64,000 nucleotides of DNA from Parasitella parasitica NRRL 2501 (Eukaryota > Fungi > Mucoromycota). Both the position numbers and the translations under genes were made by a program. The stretch lies in NCBI GenBank assembly GCA_025201805.1, contig MU619261.1:146445-210444 (forward strand), written 5' to 3'. Shown here one piece after another: positions 57,079 through 64,000 of the stretch (the first letter of the stretch is position 1; every line of letters begins with the position of its first letter). Below the pieces are notes generated by a model, which had not been told where the DNA came from, did no database searches, and saw nothing but the letters and a program-made list of their open reading frames with translations.

Positions 57079-57774
57079 TTACAAGACAGCCCATTTCTTG
57101 ACGGAAGAAGTAACATAGTCTTTAGTGGTACAAGACTTTGCAGTTACAGTTACTTTGCTAGGAATCTTCTTGGTCAGCACTTTATAGGCCTCAAACTGGA
57201 GCACAAAGAAATCAAGCTGACAATCTCCCATACTCCAGCCTTCATCATCGACACGAACACAGCCATTGTGCTTCTTGCCGTCGGGTAGCACCAAGCCATC
57301 CATTTCTTTGATGTAGAGTGTTGTTCCTATTTTGATATCATTGGAGGCGACACTGACCCAGGGCACAAGGCTGTTGTTGTCCGCCGACCCTAATCCGTAA
57401 GGGGTTTTTTTGCGATCAAGTTTCATGAAAATACTGTTGCCTTTATCAAGATTGACCAGAGTTCCAGACTGAAGTAAACCAGTGCCTTCCATTTGGAATT
57501 TTTCAAATGTTGTCTTGGAGACCTTGGCAATAGTCTTGCCTTTGCGATCCTTGATGGTCTTGGTTTTCGATCCGCTAAGGGTGACACTCTTGCCATCGTT
57601 GCTCATGTCTTTGTCGCCTTCTTTTGGGATCCAATATTGAGTGATCCTGGCATTCTTCTTGTAACAGCTGGCAATTCCACGTCTATCAAGAGGAGAAGCC
57701 AGTGCCATAGAGCAGCATAAAATTACTGCACAAACAGATAGTAATAAAGTTGTTGAAATTGAAGCCTGCTTCAT
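57079..57774 (-). CDS. Secreted basic 3D-domain (MltA-like/DPBB) protein, paralog B
   Basis: Intronless 231 aa. Signal peptide plus SPLDRR. TQYWIPKEGDKD, FQMEGTG, PYGLG, VSVASND, HNGCVRVDDEGWSMGDCQLDFFV. TATA-like motif about 70 nt upstream. Confidence 0.85.
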   Translation of the reverse strand: MKQASISTTLLLSVCAVILCCSMALASPLDRRGIASCYKKNARITQYWIPKEGDKDMSNDGKSVTLSGSKTKTIKDRKGKTIAKVSKTTFEKFQMEGTGLLQSGTLVNLDKGNSIFMKLDRKKTPYGLGSADNNSLVPWVSVASNDIKIGTTLYIKEMDGLVLPDGKKHNGCVRVDDEGWSMGDCQLDFFVLQFEAYKVLTKKIPSKVTVTAKSCTTKDYVTSSVKKWAVL

Positions 57775-58389
57775 AGTATATATTCGTTATAAAAAAAAAA
57801 GAGAGGAAAGGGGGGGGGGAATGGAATGGGATGTGGAAAGTATATATAGTTTGCGGTCAACGCTTTAAATCAAATGTAAAGAAATCTTGTTGAATTCAAG
57901 TATATATTGAGAATTCCAGTCAAGAGGCGAAAGTAAAAGTATGTAATATATTACTGGAAAAAGAAAGATAAATCAGAAAAAAAACAGCCTTTATATATCC
58001 ACAGTGGCTCAACAGTGCCGCCATTAAAAGAGGAGTATTATGTGTATGTATACAAATTATTTTGTGTATCATTAAAAAAGCGTAATTATCAAAACTGTCC
58101 AAATAGATATGCACGTAATATAGAGAGTAGAATTCTGTACCTATTCCACAGCAGAGTAAGGGTCAACAGCTTTATCAGGCGAATCAAATTGCGTTGTTCA
58201 ACATTAACGATAACAGAGCTGGTCCTGTGCATTTCATGTAGCATGCATAATACTGGTTCTGTCGAATTCTTCTTTAGTGGGAGGCGTGATTAATTCCTTT
58301 TTTTTTTTTGGAGCTACAGTGTCATCAGTTTTCTTTGTTGACTAGTAAAAGATTAATTTATAATGTAAAGTGTAATATGTACGACGCAG

Positions 58390-59109
58390 CTATATATGTA
58401 CCTTTTCATGATTTACGGGGAGGACTGCCCACTTCTTGACGGAAGAGTTGATGTAATTCAGAATAGTACAGGGCTTTTGGACTACAGAAACGTGTTCAGG
58501 AAGCTTCGAGTCGAAAAGCTTGTAGGCTTTATACTGGAGTACAAAAAAATCGATATGACAGCCGCCCAGAGCCCACCCGTGATCATCTACACGGACGCAG
58601 CCATTGTGTACTTTGCCATCTGGTAGTTTCACGCCATCCAATTTTTTAATGTAAAGCGTTGTTCCTTTTTTGATGTCATTAGCGGCAACGCTGACCCAAG
58701 GGACAAGGCTGTTTTCGTTAGAACCCAATCCATAAGGGGTTTTTTTGCGATTAAGTTTCATGAAAATACTGTTGCCTTCGTCAAGATTGACCATTGTTCC
58801 GGATAAGAGTAGGCCAGTGCCCTCCATCTGGAATTTTTCGTATGTAATTTTGGAGACTTTGGCAATAGTTCTACCTTTACGATCCTTGAGAGTCCTAGTT
58901 TTTGCTCCGGTAAGAGTAACCGTCTTGCCATTGTTGGTCATGTCTTTGTCGCCTTCTTTGGGGATCCAATATTGAGTAAACTCAGCTTTCTTGCTGTAGC
59001 AACCAGGGATTCTACGTTTTTCAATAGGAGAAGCTGATGACATGCTACAGCCTAAAATCGTTGCAAAAATTGATAATATTAAAGTTGTTGAAATTGAAGC
59101 CTGCTTCAT
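58390..59109 (-). CDS. Secreted basic 3D-domain (MltA-like/DPBB) protein, paralog C
   Basis: Real start is MKQASISTT at 59109. Signal peptide plus SPIEKRR. Same motifs, with HNGCVRVDDHGWALGGCHIDFFV. Tandem with paralog B. Confidence 0.85.
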   Translation of the reverse strand: MKQASISTTLILSIFATILGCSMSSASPIEKRRIPGCYSKKAEFTQYWIPKEGDKDMTNNGKTVTLTGAKTRTLKDRKGRTIAKVSKITYEKFQMEGTGLLLSGTMVNLDEGNSIFMKLNRKKTPYGLGSNENSLVPWVSVAANDIKKGTTLYIKKLDGVKLPDGKVHNGCVRVDDHGWALGGCHIDFFVLQYKAYKLFDSKLPEHVSVVQKPCTILNYINSSVKKWAVLPVNHEKVHI

Positions 59110-59797
59110 TGTGTATATATGATTGCTTTTAGGGATAATACGATGATTAAAAACCAAAAAAAAACCCAAAAAAAAAGAAGGATGGCCTTTATATATAATT
59201 TGGTTTCGTCCTTTGATAGCTGAAATGTTGTCGACATGAATGGGGTCTGTATGTCATACTATAATGGCCCGATCATGTGGTGATAGTTTCAAAAATCACG
59301 CTTAGTGCGAAGAAAAATATTAGGTAACAATAGCTGATTAGGTCTCATCACAAAGGAGGAGTTGATTGTGTGTTGGCTACGAGCTCTTTATTCCAGTTCA
59401 ATGACACAGACGTTGCAAAACTAACGCCTATCGATCAAATTAATCTGCAGCTGACAACACATGTGTTCCCCACCTTAAGCCAATATTGAACTGTCCCCGC
59501 TGCTCATTGTCTGTGTGATTTTTTTTTCTTTAAAATGTAAAATTATGCCATTTTATTATCTTGTCGAGAACATAAGAACGGTCATTGCTAGACAAGTTGA
59601 GAGGAATTCCAGAGTTTCAATACAATGCATTAGAAACGAAACGACTCTAGTGCTTGCTTGGTTTCTTTTGTTTTGTAAAATACAGCAAACGAAAATACAT
59701 TTATTTTACATGTGTTGAATGAAAGCGAGAAAACCAACGAGAATAAAAAAAAAAAAAAAAATGAAATGCAGATAACGGGCAAGTAGGTGTTGACATG

Positions 59798-60599
59798 TTA
59801 CTTTTCCTCTTCTTTTTCCTTCAGCAATTTCTGCTGATATTCTTCACGAGCACGATCTTGCCATCTATGTTGTTCCGCAATCTGATGTATTTTGAAGCCA
59901 AAAATACGAGGTTCGTAACGCTCGATAGATTTAGTTGGCAGATAATTTGGGTGTACTTGGAATAGCATATGTGGGAATGAGGTGCCGAAATAAGCACCAT
60001 CAATGGAGGCATGACGAGATGATTTAGGGTTGTAGATGTCTTCACATCTGGGGCAGTACAATTTTACAGTTTTGATAACAGGAATATCGGACAAGCCGAC
60101 AGGAAGCAGTGATTGCATGTTACAAAGTACTCGAGGGCAGCGGCCAAATTCTGCCTTCTTGTATTTATCCAGCTGTGAAATCAATGTTAGCAGGCCTCCA
60201 TCAGACATGTAAGACATATGAGCCCAATTACCATCTTTGCTAATCCACGAGTCGTAATGACGAAACGGGCATGGATAAGCCCGTACAAATGACGAGCAGC
60301 TCGTTCAATCTGATCTCTAGCCTTCTCGTCAAATCTTTCTTCCTCCAGATTGTCTGTAATCATATCCAATGCTTCCGCATAGTACTGCTGGACTTCAAGG
60401 TTCAATCCAGTCAAATTAAAGCGATCCAAGATGTACTCCTCATCGATTTCGCAGTAGTATTCGTTTCCCTTTGTCTCCAAAAACCAATCAATCCAATACT
60501 TGGCGTAATCGCTATCAGATCCACTGCTCATGTCATCCACTAATCAGAACAGTTTAATACATGGCTTTTTCCATTTCGATACTATACAATCTACGTACT
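59798..60599 (-). CDS. CKB: Casein kinase II regulatory beta subunit
   Basis: WIDWFLETKGNEYYCEIDEEYILDRFNLTGL, LYGLIHARF, zinc finger CPRVLC...CPRC, DGAYFGTSFPHM, PRIFGFKI. Start inferred as A(60599)|TG(60539-60538); the alternative is the ATG of MSSGSD. Confidence 0.95.
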
Positions 60600-61102
60600 T
60601 TTTTGCTTTTTTCTATCTAATGTCGTAGACTTGTCCAAGTCTTGTGTTGCTTCCTTTGCTCTAGGACGATCACGTTAGACAAAAAAGAAAAAAAAAAAAA
60701 AAAGAGATAAAGACGGCAAAAAAGAAAATATTTTCCCCCGGAAAACATAGTCATGCCATTTGTAAATACGACCAGACAGCAATGTTTGATAGGATGTTGG
60801 CCAGACTTACCTTTTCAGTTTGAAGGATTTCCTCGGTTAAGCACCCGCACGAAATAGGGTTCGAACAGAAAATGAAGTGGAAATGAAAAAAAATAAAAAA
60901 AACTCCTTATCATACACCTTAGGGCTGTGAAAGTGAAAATAGGGCAAGCCACCGGCCCTGAACTCAATGACCTTTTTTGGATTGTTTGTACAGTGACATC
61001 AGCTGAATCCCATTATATATACGGCATCATTTATCCCCAATGGGTTTGATTCCCGATAAGGTTGTGTTGCCAGGCAGCATAAATTTTATTTTTATTAAAT
61101 CA

Positions 61103-61641
61103 TCACACAGTGCCTTTGTTGGGTTCATTGTCTGCCTCTTGCTCATTTTCATTACTGACAGATGTAGTATTATCGTGAGACTGCAAAAGTCCAAAATCTT
61201 CATTTTCTTCTGCGTCATCCGCTTGTCCCGATGATTGAAGAGCATTTTGATTGTCTATGGCTTCTGCGTCGTCTTCGTCTTCCATATCATCGCTGTAATG
61301 GCTCAGTAAACCCTCCTCCTCTGCGCCTAAATCATGGAATCCCCTTCCTCGTCGTTCTCCCCTATCAACCAGTGGAAAACTAAACCTGTTTGGTATTAAG
61401 CGGTTTGCTCTTCTCAGGCAAAAGCACATGCCAACGCCCATAATGACAAGTACAACGTACTATTTGGAAACATGAAAAAAGACAATCAACACCTTGCCGT
61501 CCAATATTATGTTGCATATTACCAAAAAGATGGTTGCAGGCCAGTCAAAATCGTCTGATGAGCGCTTTTGGATGTAATCTAAGTAGAAATCGTTGAATAA
61601 AGCAAAGGGAGATTATGTCCGAATGGTATCTGACCTGACAT
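61103..61641 (-). CDS. Small single-pass membrane protein with acidic tail (3 exons)
   Basis: Spliced MS|DYIQKRSSDDFDWPATIFL|YVVLVIMGVGMCFCLRR...GFHDLGAEEEGLLSHYSDD. Canonical GT-AG introns, TM helix followed by basic residues. Confidence 0.7.
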
Positions 61642-64000
61642 GGGCGATATGAATTATCAAGAAAAGAAGCGGAAAAAACGTAATATAGAACCGGTATCAC
61701 ACAGACCATACAGAACTGGTCACATTTGGAGCTGAGACTCTTTTGTAAACGGAAAAATCATGCCTCTCAATTCATACTACTGTCATTTTGCAGTTTCTGA
61801 AAAAAGAAATTCAAGCAAATGATAACGGTCATGGTGATTGTAGTAATATTTATTAGGCTTTCTGGTAACAAGCCTTTTATTTCTGATAAAAGCCAAGAAG
61901 TTTCTGAGAGAAGAGATCTCCCTAAAAAGATTTTGGGCGGGGATTTTTCATATTTAGAGAAAAAGAATAATTGCTTTGTTTCGTTTATAGTGAAAATACA
62001 AAGAGAACATGTTGTGAAATAAGCTATCTACATTATATCTTTAAGTTCAGGTTGGTCTTTAAAAAAGGTTACCGTTGTCTAGTGACAAACATCTGTGATT
62101 CTGGGTGTAAGTGTGTCTGTTGATATTGGATCAAAAGCCTTCAATTGGATTCAGGAACGGAGAGCAAGGTTGAAGATAAGCACATTAATGTCCTTTTGGG
62201 ATTTTACAAATTTCGAAACAGATAATTTTTTATGAATGGGTGTGTTATCCTGGTGGCAGATTGTTTCCTTTTCTCTGGCACTTTCTTATAACATCAGTTT
62301 TATCTAGCGTCTTCTAGTGTAGACGGTCTAGTCAAACAAGTACCAATCTACGTACTCCATATTCAGTTGCACAGTAAAACAGCTAGTCAATCCTCTACCA
62401 TCTTTTCCATAATATTGGAATGGTTCAAAATTGTATGTCTTTGCAAGTTTTAGGCGCTTGATTTTTTTTTTTTTGGTCTACGCGAACTTTAGTGGGTTAT
62501 TGTTAGAAAAAAGGCAAAAACTATTTTTCAAAATCGGAGCGGGAGATCGTCAGGTCAGGTAGAAGCATGCAAGTACTACCACTAGAAAGCCAAGAAGCAC
62601 ACCATTAAAATAAACTAGTTTGCAATTATTTTTCTCTTAATTTGGTTAATCTATAGCTTCTCAAAGCTAATGATTTCTTCAAAAAAGAACATCATTTTTC
62701 TCTGATAGCGGAGATTAAACGCGTCCAAAATCAGGAAGGTAAAGTTCTTTCAGAAACTCAATTTGGACATTTCGAATCCAAAATTACTCCTTTGAGGCAA
62801 GATATCATCCTCTGATACTATGCATACCACGGCTGTCAGTCTATGATAATAGCTGTATTTTTGGGCGTTCTACCCGATGGTATTACTTTATAATTCCCCG
62901 TATGCCTGTGGAAGTAATTCTGTTGAGAAAGCTTCAATATCAGATCAAGAGGGAAAGGTCAACATTTTGCTTAATCAAAGCGCATTGCCAGTTTTTCAGA
63001 TCATGAAATGGTCTTTTACGATCATTCTCCTCCAATATATGTCATAGTAAAAAGTTGCATTTTAGAGGTCAAAAGTGAAGATAATGCATAATTGATGATT
63101 TTGGATGTGTGGATACAAGGAAAAAATCGAAAAAAATCTGTCAGTTTGCATCGAAAAAAAAATCATGCTCGAATTGCACCAAAATCATATATAATACAGT
63201 TTCTTCCCAATGGATACTATTTCTGATGTTCTCAGGGCACTTTTGATTATGAAAATCAATCAAAAAATGGCACACAAAGCTAAATTTCTTGCTTTAAAGC
63301 TGTAAAAAACATCTATCTGGAAATGATATCACGTCAATATCAATTCTAGTACATGATGTAGCTCTATAAAGTGAGTATTTTTGATACCACAAGTAAGTAT
63401 ACTTTTTTTTCATAGTAATAAGATAAAACAGGTGTAGCCCATTGAATTGGAAGCATAAGAGGATAATTATTGAATATTTAACTGCAATAACCCCTGGTTA
63501 TTTGTTAATAATTCAAGAATTACTAATTGCCAGTGACAGAGAAGCCCTATTACCATTGCTGCTTAAAATAATACTTAGTGCCAGCCTTTTTTTTACAATT
63601 CCAATGCTAAAAATGTAGAATAGAAAGTAGAATAGAGGTAAAAATTGAGGTTGAGGGTGATTTGACTAACAAAAGCTAAGCTTCATATAAGCTTCTGGTG
63701 GATTCCAGGTTTCAGGCACTGTACTGTAGAGTATCAATTCTGATTAGGGGTCAACTCGCTATATCAAACACATTTTTGTACATCAATCGTCCGTTATAAG
63801 AGTCGCGACTGTATATTCTTTCCTTGATATTGGATATGCTGATTTAACAGAGAACATAAAATGATAATGCAAAGTTATAAAAATAGGGATTGTCATTTGC
63901 TTGAATATGTTATGATTTTTGAAATGACATACGGTAAAATTAAGTGAGAAAACAGAAACAAACGACTGGTTTAAACTTACATTTCGGGATAAACTGCTAG

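Noticed and set aside
61900-63500. Possible pseudogene and AT-rich transposon-like sequence
   Set aside because: No supportable termini or protein motifs.

Overview
Eukaryotic fungal DNA, most likely Mucorales/Mucoromycota. The basis is AT-rich intergenic DNA, compact genes with many ~50-70 nt GT-AG introns, and Mucor-type LINE and DIRS relics. The window holds about 27 protein-coding genes. Recognisable ones are RPL36, eL28, SPE3, PAN3, prefoldin 6, an Osh/OSBP gene, an NADPH alcohol dehydrogenase, RKI1, histone H1, UPF1, CK2 beta, a coilin-like gene, a class III-like eIF4E, a Zn2Cys6 transcription factor, an MFS transporter and an amidohydrolase. There is also a CDF-transporter pseudogene, decayed LINE and DIRS retroelements, and three N gaps. 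The most striking feature is a family of three intronless, secreted, very basic proteins (23.4 kb, 57.1 kb, 58.4 kb). They carry a bacterial-type 3D/MltA-like domain with the catalytic-equivalent Asp intact, making them a candidate horizontally acquired peptidoglycan-attacking effector family. Other notable observations: a 12-nt antisense overlap of two coding sequences, near-abutting convergent genes, a CK2 beta start codon apparently assembled by splicing (A|TG), and a long fold-back stem filling RPL36 intron 1. All exon structures and family assignments were made by eye and from recalled motifs; no searches were run.
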